IMG/VR virus record: IMGVR_UViG_3300045988_012292
Coordinates: 1-43,135 of that record
Strand: one strand, 5' to 3'
Origin: a virus
Length of the DNA: 43,135 nt
Shown here in pieces: positions 20,432 through 30,424 of the stretch; positions within the stretch are counted from its first letter, which is position 1, and the number at the start of each line of letters is the position of its first letter. A program made the position numbers and the translations under genes. The notes beneath the pieces were generated by a model. It did no database searches. It had not been told where the DNA came from and was given only the letters and a program-made list of their open reading frames with translations.

Positions 20432-20734
20432 ATGCTGGACAAGAACGATTTGGCACTCATTAAGGATTTGCTCGACACGCAGACTTCCCGCATGATAGAT
20501 GTAATGGAGGCCCAGAAAAAAGAGATTCTTCAGGAGACCGCCGCCTCCACGCGCGTTCTTATCGAATCTTCAATTATGCCGAAATTCAATCTTCTTGCCG
20601 AAGGCCAACAGACGCTGCTTGAAACGCTCGCCCCGAAAAGCCGCGTGGAAGAGCTGGAGGAAGAGGTCGATTTCCTGAAATCCATTATCAAGCTGCACAG
20701 CGAGCAGATCGCCGAACTAAAAAAAGCCCAGTAA
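20432..20734 (+). CDS. Plus-strand moron inside the late region: 100-aa coiled-coil protein
   Basis: SD AGGAGGAG. MLDKNDLALIKDLLD...EELEEEVDFLKSIIKLHSEQIAELKKAQ. It has its own promoter and terminator. Confidence 0.75.
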   Translation: MLDKNDLALIKDLLDTQTSRMIDVMEAQKKEILQETAASTRVLIESSIMPKFNLLAEGQQTLLETLAPKSRVEELEEEVDFLKSIIKLHSEQIAELKKAQ

Positions 20735-20767
20735 AAAACCGGAGCGGTCATCCCGCTCCGGTTTTTT
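20733..20767. terminator. Bidirectional rho-independent terminator
   Basis: aaaaaa-ccggagcgg-tcatc-ccgctccgg-tttttt. It sits between the stops of 20432..20734 (+) and the giant gene (-). Confidence 0.8.
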
Positions 20768-20768
20768 G

Positions 20769-23700
20769 TTACTTGTCATCTTCCAGCCACTTGTCGATGT
20801 CCTTCTCTTTCTCCTTCCGGTCATACCCGATGGCGGCATAAGCGTCCAGCAGCAGCTTCTTCAGCCGCTTGCGCTCCGCGCTGTCCGCCGCAATGTACTG
20901 CTGCTTGTACTCGCTGGTAATTTCTCGTGCCAGCGTTTCAGCTTCTACACCGTTGTCCAGATACTCCTTTGCCGCCTTGGCGACGTCTCCGGCGCTTTCT
21001 ACCGTGGAAAGGAAGCTGTCGTATTTCTTGTATCCCTTGCCTCCCTTCCACTCGCGGATTTTCCAGTAGGCGTCGTTCTCGTCGTCTGCAAAGTCGTTTG
21101 CGACGAGTTTCTGGATCGCTTTCTGCTCGCTGATTTTTCCCTCGCCGAAATCTTCCCGGATGCTTTCCTTGAGCTGTTTGTCCTTCGCGTCCTGGATCTT
21201 TTTCTCCATATACGCGATACGCTCTTTCTCGGTCATCGGCTCCATTTCCTCTTTGTCCGTATCATTGGCAATGACATTGTAGAAATAGTCCGCCTTGGCC
21301 TTGTCGCTCACGCCCTTGTAGCTCCCGAGGAAGATCTTCTTGTTTGTGTCTCCGTCGATCTTCTTGACCGCCTTGATGAAGGCGAATGTTTCCCGCTGAT
21401 CCTCGTATTCCGTCATGGTCTCGTATGCCGTGGTCTCCTTGGCGTTCAGATTCTTAAACCCGCTTTCTACCCAGTCCTGCGCAGCCTTGGTCGAGCTTTT
21501 GCCGAATACAATGTTCGTCGTCCATGCCCGGATCTTGTCCGCCGTCGTGTCAGTGTAGACCGGGTATTGCAGGACGCGCTCGCCCTTGCTGTTCATCTTG
21601 TAGCTTCCGCCCGCCTTGGTTGCAGCGGCACCTTCAATGGATTTCTTGAGCTGTCCGCCGCCAAACGGCAGTACCCAGTATGCCGCTGGGTCTTTCAGCG
21701 ACAGCAGCAGCTTCTCGGTTTTCTGCTTCGCATCCAGATCCTCGGACGCCGCAATGCTGATCATATTTCCGATATCCGGGAATGTACTGGTGTACGGCAG
21801 CTTGCCGCCGCCCACAAGATTCCCGACAAACGGCAGCTCCTGCCCGATCTCTGTTGCAAAATCGACCGTCGTGTTCAGCCAGTGTTCATCCTCATCCTTC
21901 TCCGTCCACCATTTCTGGCCTGTTGCAAGTGCGCGGATGGCATTATTCCGGTCGTGCCCGGAATAGCTTGCCGCACCCTCGATGATAAGATCGATTGGGT
22001 CAAGCATCGGTCGTCGGCCTACTACTAGTTCATAGAACTCATTGTAGATCCAGCTTTCCAGCGCAAATTTGAGCAGCGCCCATGCAATCGCGCCGACGCC
22101 TTTCTTCCGCTGTTCTGCCGGGAGATCTTTGAACACATACGAAAACGTGTTGTTCACTTCGAGTTGGAACTGTGTGAACATTTTCAGCAGCGGATTCCGG
22201 GATTCAAACAGTGTCGGCATCGCGCCCTTGCTGCGGTCTGCCATGACACCCGCCGCAAAATCGTCTGCTTCCTCCATCGCGCTTTCCTCGCTCATGCCGC
22301 GCTGAATGTTTTCCATGTACCGCGCCCGGACGATGACGTTGGAGGAATACCAGTCGATCAGCTCCATCGGCTTCGACAGCACCTTGCTCGCGTTGTCCGC
22401 CCAGCTGTTGACCAGCGTATCACTGCCCGCTCTGCTGGTAAGAAAGTCGCTCCGCTCTGCGAAATCATCATGTACCCATGCGTTCGCCGCCTGCTGGTAC
22501 ATTGCTTTCGCTACAGACGTGATCTTCATCTGTGCCGCCGCCTGCGCAATGACGCCGAAGTTCGTCAGCCACGATCCCGGATTCAGCGCCACCATATTTG
22601 CCGCAACCTTCGTCTGCCACTTCTTCAGGAAACTGTGCACCGACCGGTTCAGCAGCGATTCCACATCGCGGTCGAGCGTGCTTTTTTTGTTCGCAAGCAG
22701 ATTGGTATACTCATCGACGTTCGCCACCCACAGAGACAGTGCATAGCGCCCTTCCCGCTTGATCTCGTCGATCTTATCTTTCTTGTCTTCCTCCGTCAGA
22801 TTTTCGTTCGCGCGGATGGCGTCGATCTGTTCCTTGATTCCATCGTTCGATGCAAGGTAGCGCGCATTTCTCGCCAAGGACCGCAGATTCTGAATGACGT
22901 CCGTGTAATAGATGACGCTCGCCGCGCCCTCGACGTACTTGTCGAATCCCTTCACCGCGTCGTATGCCGTGCGGAATCCCTTTCGTTCCTGTGCGTTGGC
23001 GAGCCACGGGATTCCGGGCTTGAAATTCTTTGTCTGTCCGTTGATCGTCGTGGGCAGCGCGTCAGGGCCGCGTTGTTCCTTCCGCTTTTTGAGCCACCAT
23101 GTGAAGATTCCCTTCGCATCATTCGGCAAAACTTCGATCCCAGCCTCGACGCCCATTGCCATTCCCATGAGGTTCAGGATTCCGTCCGACGTTCCAATCC
23201 CGAAGTGTGGGAAATACCCCGCCCGGTAGTTGACCGGCGCATAGCCGTTTCGGATGCGCGTCGCGTTCATCATCTTGTAAAGCTCATCATAGATCTTGCG
23301 GAACTCCTTCACCGCGTTCTGGATCTTGGCCTTGTCTAACCCCGGATTCTTGTTCCAGAGTTCCGAGACGATGCCTTCCCATTCTTCGAGTGTTTTTCCA
23401 TCCCGCTCCTTGATGCGCCCCTTGCTGGCTTCCATCACGCGGATGTTGTCCTGCGCCTCGCCGAGGATCTGCACGGCTGCGGCCTCGCTGACGATGTTTC
23501 CCTTTGCTCTGTGCCGGCTCAGCTTCAGCGCCTTTACGCGGGCGCGCAGATCGTTCTTCATCCGCGTGGCGTTCGCCGTCGCCTTTCGCACCGGTTCAAA
23601 ATAGCCCTTGTTGACCGCCTCGGCGTTCTCCTTCGGCGCGATGTCGCGGACGTTCCGCGTCTGCGTCTCCCTGGCATACTGGAATCCGGTCTTCTTGTCT

Positions 23701-26700
23701 TTCCACTGGTTGATGTCTCCGAGCGCCGTCTGCGCGTTTTTGTCCCGCTGTTCGTTGATGTGCTTGTTGTATTCTGCGATCTTCAAGGTCGTCAGGTCAT
23801 AGTCCGCCTTGGCCTCATAGACTGCAAGGATAGAATCCGCGTTCTCCATCCCGGCCACGCTCTCCGGCGTAATGTCGCCGCGCAGCAGCCGGTTCACCAT
23901 GCGGCGGTCTTCCGCCGTCAGAAGATACTTCTGCGCCTCCCGCTCATAGTTCCGTCTCTGGTCTGCTTGCAGATTATAGAGCGCCTGCACATCTTCTTCC
24001 GTCGTCGGCCCCTCATAGACCTTCTCTGTCCGTTTCTGCGCTTCGGCGTAGCGCCGCGCCACGCGCAGATCGCCCATCATGTCCCGGACGTTTGCCTCAA
24101 AATCGACCTGTGCCGTCCGCTTCCAGACCGCAGCGTTCTTTCCATTGTAGCTGCGCACGTTCTCTTTCGTGGTCGCCATGCGGTTCGCGCCCATCAGCAA
24201 AAGCATTTCCTGCTCCGCCGCATCGGTCACGCCACGCGGGAACAGCTCCGGAATCTTCCGGCTCATGATCTCATAGACCTCGCTCAGAGATTTCCCGCCG
24301 GATTCCACCACATTCAGCTTCCCTCTGGTGCGCCGCTTGAACTGCTCGTAGTTTTCAAGTGCCGCCCGCTCCTCTGCGCTCAGGGTGATCTCCGTCATCC
24401 GAAGCTGCGGCGCGACGCGCTCGATCTTCTCATAGAACGCCTTTTCCAGCTTCACGCCCTCTTCATAGACCTTTTCAAACGTTTTGTCCATCGTCTCTTT
24501 CGTGACGTCTCCGGTCTGGAGGTATTCGTTCGTCAGTTCGTCCAGCAGCTCCCGCGTCTTCTTGACGTTCTGCCCGAACGGCATCCGGAAGCTCCGTTCG
24601 AGTTGGTATAGGAAGTCATTCTGCGCTCTCCGCAAATAGGTCTGTGCCCGCTTCGGAATCGTGTTCAGCGTATAGCCGCCCTTCGGCACTTCCTGTTCCT
24701 CGGTCTGTTCCTTCGCCTCCTGCTCAGCATCTGCCGAGAATTTCCCATTGACATTTTCGACGTTCCGTGCTACCCTTGATTTAGGCAAGTCACCATTATC
24801 CGACCGCGTTTCATCCACAAGGGACGAAACGAAAGAGTTGGTATCGGTGACTTGCTCTATTTTTGTCATGCCATAGAACGTTGCGCCCATATCAGAGAGG
24901 CCGATGTTGAATACCCCTTCAAATGCTCTCCCGCCCACAACAAATGTGGTTTTATAATAATCAAACCCATCCGTTGCAAACGCATGATTTTTGTGATCGT
25001 CGGAGTGTCCGACATATTCAGCCGCTTCCAGCATTTCATCCAGATTGGCCGCAGCGCGCATCTTCGCTTGGAATACTGTGTCGCTATATTGACTCCCATC
25101 ATACGCATATTTCTTCGCGCCGTCGAAACTGTATTCTCCGCCACGCCGACGAACCGTCACAGCTGCATATTCTCCGAGCGGAAGCGTCTGGCCGGAGAAT
25201 TCCTCCTGGATGACCTCTTTCGCCAGCTTTGCGGCTTCCTTGTTGTTCAATCCGATAAACCGCCCCTGTTGCCGATCTACCAATACATACTTCCGGCCAT
25301 CCTCCGACGTTTCCAAACTAAACTTTCCTTTCGGCGGCGCTCTGGCGCTGTCGGTTTTTTCTGTGCTTTGGGTCTTTTCATTCGTCTGCCACAGCGCATC
25401 CATAGCTTCCTTCGAAAGTCCCCCAAACCGCTCGATCCCGGCATAAGCGTCCGCGCAGATCTCCTCGATGTAGTGTGCCAGCTCTTCCTCGGTGTAGCAT
25501 CCTTCATAAGCCTCGGCGTATCGTCGGGCCAGCGCCCGCAGCTTCTCCTTGCCGAGCTTCTTTGTGATCTGCTCCCGCACCGCATCCAGCATATCCGGCG
25601 CGCGGTCTGCCATGTTGTGAAATTCCTCATGCCGCCCGATCTGCTCCACACTGAGCCGTTTGTCGTTGGCCCTGACCCACACGGAATCGCCCATCGCCAC
25701 GCCGTTCATGTACCGCGTCACCTGAGACGCCTGATTGACGACGCCGATCTTCCCGACAAAGAAATGCACATTCTTGACGCCGTTCTTCTTCAGGTGCTCC
25801 GCCGTCTCCCGCAGCGCCGGTGTCCAGAGGCTTTCCGGCACTTCTTGAAAACTCTTTTCCGCCGAGCCGTTTTTGATCCCTATTTCTTTTCCACTGAGGT
25901 AGGGCTGCTTTGCATTGCGGACACGATTTTCGATGTCAGCGCGTTCCGCTGCCGCGCTCCTTTGCTGGGATCGCGCTTCTGTGCGGCCTGTGCCCGCTGC
26001 CACGCTTCCACTCTGCTTTCCGGAATCCATACCTGCATCCCGTTTGCCGCCGTCATCAGCAGCCGCTTTTCCTGTTCTGCCATTTCCGTTTTCCTTTCCG
26101 GCGGCCCATGCCGCCTGTGTGATCTTCGGCTGTACGCCCTGTGCGGCCCTCTGCGCCGCGTTCAGTGCCGCGCCGCTTGCGCCATATTGATAGGCCCGGT
26201 TCGCCGCCTCGGCGTACTGCGCCGCGCTCAGCTCCCCGCCTCCCCTTCTGATATATGCAGTATAGCCCTGTGCGACCGCATCCGTCAAGGATGCGGTCCA
26301 TCCATACTGTGCCGCCGCCTGCTGCACCGTGCGGCTCGCGCTTCGCTCCGTCTGGCGGTCAAGCGTCTCATCCGCCCGCTCCTGCTGGCTCCGCAGCCGC
26401 TCCCGTGCGTTGGCCGCGTCCTGCATAGCTTCCGCATCCTCTTGGATTTTCCGTGCGTTCACGCGGTCTGCCTCGCCCCGGTTGATGGCCTCATCGTTAT
26501 CCAGCACATCCAGCGCGGCTTCCGCCTGCTCGTGCGTGATCTCTCCGGCGTCCTCCGCGTCAAAGATCGCTTTCCGCTGCATATTGCGGTCATAGTCCGC
26601 CCGAGACTGCTGCACGTCCTCCACGGCCTTTTCATATTGGTTGTATGCTCTGCTGCTCTGCGCGGCCTCCGCAGCCTCCTGTGCCGCCTGTGTCTCCCCA

Positions 26701-28805
26701 GCGTCGTCCATCGCAGAGAGCACCCGCCCGATGTCTTCAATATCCGGCGTCCGACCGTAGTCCAGCTTTTCCTGCACGATGGCCGCAGCCTCGCGCACCT
26801 CCGTATTTTCAGACTGCGCACCTTGACCCGCGAGGATCTTCGCGTAATATTTTGTCTGCCGCTCCTGCTTCGCCTGCGTCAGCCCGCCCGGCATCCCGGC
26901 GAGGTCGCCCAGCGCCGCGAGGAACACGCCGCCGAGGAACGAATTGCCGAGACTTTCCCATGTCACCGAGCCTTTCAGACTTCCATTCAAAACGAGGCTC
27001 TGGAACGTCGGCTCTAAAAGCTCCGCGATCACTTCTTCCAGACCTTCCGACACGAAATCAAGCGCCTTGCTGTCCAGCACTTTCATGACCGTCTTGCTTT
27101 TCGTCAGCTTCGCCACAGCACGGTTCACCAGACCCACATCCTCATCATAGACCGGGTTTCCTCCGAACAGCTTTTCCGACAGGATCTCCACCGCCGCATT
27201 TTGCAGACCGATGAGCACAGCCTGTGTGTCCGTCGCCCCTGCATTGTGCGCGTCGAGCATAGCATTTCCGCCCGCACGAATTCCCATCACCGTCAGCGGC
27301 GTGAGCGCGCCGCCCGTCGCCGTAGACACCATCATGTCGCCCACCATCGCTCCGGCGGATGGAAGCTGCTGCAAGATCCACGTCCCGACCGGGCTGTGAT
27401 CCTGCAGCACCTCGTCCATGATCCGGTTATAATCATCCTGCCACAGCTGCGCGTCTGTATAGTCATACTCCGTCGCCATTCGGTCTGCCAGCGAACGCAG
27501 CTTCTCCGCGTATCGATCGCCGCCGAGCGCGTGCAGCATCGCAGAATCCGCAATGTCGCGCAGCGCCCACGCGACGCCCTGATTGACCTTCGTTTCCGCG
27601 ACGTTGTGCGCCATTTCAAACCCGCTCATCGACTGCGCATTGCTGCCCTCATAAAACGCCGTCAGCGCGTCATCCACAAAGTTCCCCGCCTTTTGCAGCC
27701 ATCCCGGCGCGATGCGGTTCTTCTGCCGTTCGAGTTCCTTCTTTTCCTGCTGCAAGGCCGCATCATATCCAGACGCGCCGCTCCGCGTCCATGCGTCCTT
27801 CTGCTGCGCGTCGATCTCATCGATCCGCGCCTGCATCTGCTCCGCCGTCCAGCCCGCATATTTGTCCTGTTCGGCCTGCCGCTCTGCCTGTCTCCCGGCC
27901 TTGTATTCCTCCTGCCCCTTCCAGTATGCGCGGTCGTCCAGCGAGCGGCGCTGTTCTTGCAGCGCCTTTTTCTCCTGCTGTAAATCGGCATCCCAGCCGG
28001 AATGGCCGTTCTGCGTCCATGCAGCCCTCTGGCGCGCGTCGATCTCCGCGATCTGCCGCTGCACGTCCGCGCTCTCGGCCCGCAGCGTGTCAGAGCTTTT
28101 CGCCTGTTCTGCTTCCCGCTTCGCCACAGCCTCATCATACCCGGCATACACGCCGCGCAGATAGTTGTCATACGAGCCATACTGTTCCTGCATCGCGCTC
28201 GACCGGTTGAATTCCTGCTCGCTCAGCTGCTCTTTGCGCTTCTTCTTCCGTTCCTCTCTCCAGTCTTCGTTTTCATGAACTGTTTTCAGTTTTCCGCTCT
28301 CTTGCGCAGCTGCGGCTTCTACGTTCTTATAGACATTTGTATTCAGGATCTTCTGCTCTGCCGGGGTCAGCGGTTTCCCGCTCATCTGTTTCTGCCGAAG
28401 CTCCTTCTGCTTGAGCGCGTATGTGTAATTCTGGTATGCCGTCTTCTTTGCCGCCGTCGGCATGTTCGACTGCCCATACCCCCTCGCCACAGCCCCCATC
28501 GCGTCCGCCCGGCGCTCATAGCCCTGCGTCACCTGCCGCTGCGCCTGTTGCTGCATTGCCGCGCGGTAGTTGGCAAATGCGTCGTAGTTCCGCTCCTCCG
28601 CGTTGTACTGCCGCTGCCGCATGGTCTGCGGAAAGTTTGTGGACTGCTCATATTCCCGTAGCGCGTCAGCGCCGCTGCGCTTCCATGTGCCGCTCTGCGT
28701 CTGCTCCTGCTGCTGCATTTGGGCAGCTCCGGTGTTCTTCGCATAGCTGCTCGCCTGTTCATACTCCCGCAGCGCATCCGCGCCGCTCCGTTTCCACTTT
28801 GCCAT
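20769..28805 (-). CDS. Giant (2678 aa) virion-associated polyvalent-like protein with an HExxH metallopeptidase-like module
   Basis: Single uninterrupted ORF. It has N-terminal tandem repeats, Gly-rich hydrophobic segments, HEEFH at aa 1059-1063 (nt 25617-25631) and a long C-terminal region with hydrophobic/Gly-rich stretches. It lies in the structural operon. Confidence 0.8.
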   Translation of the reverse strand: MAKWKRSGADALREYEQASSYAKNTGAAQMQQQEQTQSGTWKRSGADALREYEQSTNFPQTMRQRQYNAEERNYDAFANYRAAMQQQAQRQVTQGYERRADAMGAVARGYGQSNMPTAAKKTAYQNYTYALKQKELRQKQMSGKPLTPAEQKILNTNVYKNVEAAAAQESGKLKTVHENEDWREERKKKRKEQLSEQEFNRSSAMQEQYGSYDNYLRGVYAGYDEAVAKREAEQAKSSDTLRAESADVQRQIAEIDARQRAAWTQNGHSGWDADLQQEKKALQEQRRSLDDRAYWKGQEEYKAGRQAERQAEQDKYAGWTAEQMQARIDEIDAQQKDAWTRSGASGYDAALQQEKKELERQKNRIAPGWLQKAGNFVDDALTAFYEGSNAQSMSGFEMAHNVAETKVNQGVAWALRDIADSAMLHALGGDRYAEKLRSLADRMATEYDYTDAQLWQDDYNRIMDEVLQDHSPVGTWILQQLPSAGAMVGDMMVSTATGGALTPLTVMGIRAGGNAMLDAHNAGATDTQAVLIGLQNAAVEILSEKLFGGNPVYDEDVGLVNRAVAKLTKSKTVMKVLDSKALDFVSEGLEEVIAELLEPTFQSLVLNGSLKGSVTWESLGNSFLGGVFLAALGDLAGMPGGLTQAKQERQTKYYAKILAGQGAQSENTEVREAAAIVQEKLDYGRTPDIEDIGRVLSAMDDAGETQAAQEAAEAAQSSRAYNQYEKAVEDVQQSRADYDRNMQRKAIFDAEDAGEITHEQAEAALDVLDNDEAINRGEADRVNARKIQEDAEAMQDAANARERLRSQQERADETLDRQTERSASRTVQQAAAQYGWTASLTDAVAQGYTAYIRRGGGELSAAQYAEAANRAYQYGASGAALNAAQRAAQGVQPKITQAAWAAGKENGNGRTGKAAADDGGKRDAGMDSGKQSGSVAAGTGRTEARSQQRSAAAERADIENRVRNAKQPYLSGKEIGIKNGSAEKSFQEVPESLWTPALRETAEHLKKNGVKNVHFFVGKIGVVNQASQVTRYMNGVAMGDSVWVRANDKRLSVEQIGRHEEFHNMADRAPDMLDAVREQITKKLGKEKLRALARRYAEAYEGCYTEEELAHYIEEICADAYAGIERFGGLSKEAMDALWQTNEKTQSTEKTDSARAPPKGKFSLETSEDGRKYVLVDRQQGRFIGLNNKEAAKLAKEVIQEEFSGQTLPLGEYAAVTVRRRGGEYSFDGAKKYAYDGSQYSDTVFQAKMRAAANLDEMLEAAEYVGHSDDHKNHAFATDGFDYYKTTFVVGGRAFEGVFNIGLSDMGATFYGMTKIEQVTDTNSFVSSLVDETRSDNGDLPKSRVARNVENVNGKFSADAEQEAKEQTEEQEVPKGGYTLNTIPKRAQTYLRRAQNDFLYQLERSFRMPFGQNVKKTRELLDELTNEYLQTGDVTKETMDKTFEKVYEEGVKLEKAFYEKIERVAPQLRMTEITLSAEERAALENYEQFKRRTRGKLNVVESGGKSLSEVYEIMSRKIPELFPRGVTDAAEQEMLLLMGANRMATTKENVRSYNGKNAAVWKRTAQVDFEANVRDMMGDLRVARRYAEAQKRTEKVYEGPTTEEDVQALYNLQADQRRNYEREAQKYLLTAEDRRMVNRLLRGDITPESVAGMENADSILAVYEAKADYDLTTLKIAEYNKHINEQRDKNAQTALGDINQWKDKKTGFQYARETQTRNVRDIAPKENAEAVNKGYFEPVRKATANATRMKNDLRARVKALKLSRHRAKGNIVSEAAAVQILGEAQDNIRVMEASKGRIKERDGKTLEEWEGIVSELWNKNPGLDKAKIQNAVKEFRKIYDELYKMMNATRIRNGYAPVNYRAGYFPHFGIGTSDGILNLMGMAMGVEAGIEVLPNDAKGIFTWWLKKRKEQRGPDALPTTINGQTKNFKPGIPWLANAQERKGFRTAYDAVKGFDKYVEGAASVIYYTDVIQNLRSLARNARYLASNDGIKEQIDAIRANENLTEEDKKDKIDEIKREGRYALSLWVANVDEYTNLLANKKSTLDRDVESLLNRSVHSFLKKWQTKVAANMVALNPGSWLTNFGVIAQAAAQMKITSVAKAMYQQAANAWVHDDFAERSDFLTSRAGSDTLVNSWADNASKVLSKPMELIDWYSSNVIVRARYMENIQRGMSEESAMEEADDFAAGVMADRSKGAMPTLFESRNPLLKMFTQFQLEVNNTFSYVFKDLPAEQRKKGVGAIAWALLKFALESWIYNEFYELVVGRRPMLDPIDLIIEGAASYSGHDRNNAIRALATGQKWWTEKDEDEHWLNTTVDFATEIGQELPFVGNLVGGGKLPYTSTFPDIGNMISIAASEDLDAKQKTEKLLLSLKDPAAYWVLPFGGGQLKKSIEGAAATKAGGSYKMNSKGERVLQYPVYTDTTADKIRAWTTNIVFGKSSTKAAQDWVESGFKNLNAKETTAYETMTEYEDQRETFAFIKAVKKIDGDTNKKIFLGSYKGVSDKAKADYFYNVIANDTDKEEMEPMTEKERIAYMEKKIQDAKDKQLKESIREDFGEGKISEQKAIQKLVANDFADDENDAYWKIREWKGGKGYKKYDSFLSTVESAGDVAKAAKEYLDNGVEAETLAREITSEYKQQYIAADSAERKRLKKLLLDAYAAIGYDRKEKEKDIDKWLEDDK

Positions 28806-28814
28806 AGCTCCCCC

Positions 28815-29963
28815 TTATTCCAGCGGAATGCCAAACCCCGCCTTGTTCAAGATGCTCGCCAGCTCGTTATACTGCTTCTTGCCGGTCGCGTTTCCGAGAT
28901 TGAGCTGGTGCACGACGCCTTGGAACAACTCATACGCCTTGTCCTTCTGCCCCATCGCCAGCCATTCATACATCCCTCGCTTGAGCTGATCATACGTTTT
29001 CGACTGCACCCCGCCGACACCACCTTTGTTGTAGGTGTTGTCGATGTAGCCTTTTCCGCTCTGTGCGGTCGTCTCCTTGCTCTTGCTGCTCCCGCCCGAT
29101 CCGCCGCTCGCCCTGCTCTGCGCCGCGAGCTGCTGCAAGTAGGCGCTGTTCTCGTTCGCCGCCTTCTGCGCCCAATAGCTGAGCTGGTCGCTCCACTGGT
29201 TGTAGTCCCGCGAATAGGCGCTGTCGTAGGCGCCGCGCGCGTCGGAGAGGTCGGAGTAGTAGTCGTTCACCGTGTCGCGGTACCGGCTGTACGCCTGATT
29301 CTCGCGGTCGCTGAGCAGTCCATACTGGTTGTAGAGGTCTGTGCCCTCGTCGCGGTAGCGGTTGTATGCCGCATTGTAAAGATCCGGCACAATGTCGTTC
29401 AGGTTTTGCAGATAGGCATTGTACGCCTGCTGCCCCACCTGTTCGCCGTAGGTGCTTCCATAACCGCCGGTCAGCGCCGCCGCCTGGCCCATCGTGTCCT
29501 GCATCGCGAGCCGCCCCTGCCGCTGGTACTGCTCACGGTACTGCTGATATACCGGGTCTGTCCCAATGTCATAGCTGAACGGCTTCCGGTTCGCGATCCG
29601 GTTGTAAAGCTCCGTCAGCTCGCCGTCCCACTGGCTTTGATATTCCCCCGGTCTGCGGGACTGCACCTGATTGAGATACGCCTGCGCTTGCTGCACAGCG
29701 GAGCCTGGCGTGTAACCGCCTTCCAGCCCATTGACTTTGTTTTGCGTATACCCGCTCACGCCCTGCGAGAGCAGCGGACTTTGCCGCTGCGTATATTGCC
29801 CCTTGTAGTTGTAGGTCGTCTGTTTCTTGTTGCTCACCTGGCTCTTGTAGCTGCCGTCGGCGTTGACACCTGTGATCCGGTATGTTCCGCCGCCGGTCAC
29901 GACCTCGTCGCCCGCCGAAAGGCCGGCCGGCGCCTTTCCGTTCTCTACGCGATAAATTGCCAT
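28815..29963 (-). CDS. Q/Y/N-rich structural protein, hypothetical (possible internal/ejection protein)
   Basis: 382 aa, rich in repeated YNxY/QQ motifs (YNAYLQNLNDIVPDLYNAAYNRYRDEG..). It lies between the adaptor and the giant gene. Confidence 0.7.
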   Translation of the reverse strand: MAIYRVENGKAPAGLSAGDEVVTGGGTYRITGVNADGSYKSQVSNKKQTTYNYKGQYTQRQSPLLSQGVSGYTQNKVNGLEGGYTPGSAVQQAQAYLNQVQSRRPGEYQSQWDGELTELYNRIANRKPFSYDIGTDPVYQQYREQYQRQGRLAMQDTMGQAAALTGGYGSTYGEQVGQQAYNAYLQNLNDIVPDLYNAAYNRYRDEGTDLYNQYGLLSDRENQAYSRYRDTVNDYYSDLSDARGAYDSAYSRDYNQWSDQLSYWAQKAANENSAYLQQLAAQSRASGGSGGSSKSKETTAQSGKGYIDNTYNKGGVGGVQSKTYDQLKRGMYEWLAMGQKDKAYELFQGVVHQLNLGNATGKKQYNELASILNKAGFGIPLE

Positions 29964-29975
29964 GTCTTCACCCCT

Positions 29976-30353
29976 TTACAGTTTGAAATACGTCGCCGCC
30001 TGCCGCGGCATGTGTGCCTGATTGTATGCGTTCCAAAATCCCTGCCAGTAGCTGTTGTACTTTGCAGCGGCGTTGTTGTACTTCGTCAGCTCGCCGTTCG
30101 CGTCGCAGATCTTCATCTCCAGATACCAGCGGTAGATGTCCTCGTACGGAAACGGGATCATCAAAATCGTGTCGAGGTCTACCCCCGGCGGATAGCCGGT
30201 GAATTCCCCCATATCCTCTTCCCGCTCATGCGCCCGGAATACCTCACGATCTGCAATGCCGTCCAGCTCACTGAGCCAGTGCACCTTGTCATCCTCGCCG
30301 TACTGATTCGGCATCAGCCGGTCGATTGTTTCAATCGCTTCCCTGATTCTCAT
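29976..30353 (-). CDS. Putative head-tail adaptor/connector-type protein
   Basis: Start MRIREAIETIDRLMPNQYGEDDKVHWLSELDG.. with SD GAAGGAGGG. Contains FPYEDIYRWYLEMKICDANGELTKYNN. This pattern recurs next to capsid genes in Firmicute phages. Confidence 0.5.
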   Translation of the reverse strand: MRIREAIETIDRLMPNQYGEDDKVHWLSELDGIADREVFRAHEREEDMGEFTGYPPGVDLDTILMIPFPYEDIYRWYLEMKICDANGELTKYNNAAAKYNSYWQGFWNAYNQAHMPRQAATYFKL

Positions 30354-30424
30354 AAACCCTCCTTCTACGGAAAAGAGGGAGCTTTGCAGCCCCCTCCCGT
30401 CCATGCCGCACTGGCATTTCGTTG

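Noticed and set aside
20769-28805. The giant protein as a virion-packaged RNA polymerase, as in N4-like or crAss-like phages.
   Set aside because: A by-eye scan found no DxDGD/NADFDGD-type or T7-like polymerase motif. The recognisable pieces (HExxH module, repeats, hydrophobic Gly-rich segments) fit a polyvalent/ejection protein better. A structure-based search would be needed to exclude it fully.
20766-28807. Many long plus-strand ORFs antisense to the giant gene (e.g. 24852..27017 at 721 aa, 20766..22028 at 420 aa, 22164..23339 at 391 aa, 23511..24611 at 366 aa).
   Set aside because: Their translations are Arg/Leu/Pro/Cys-rich low-complexity strings with no motifs and no SD/start context. 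Long antisense ORFs are expected in GC-rich coding DNA. The minus-strand frame is a single uninterrupted 2678-codon ORF with protein-like sequence.
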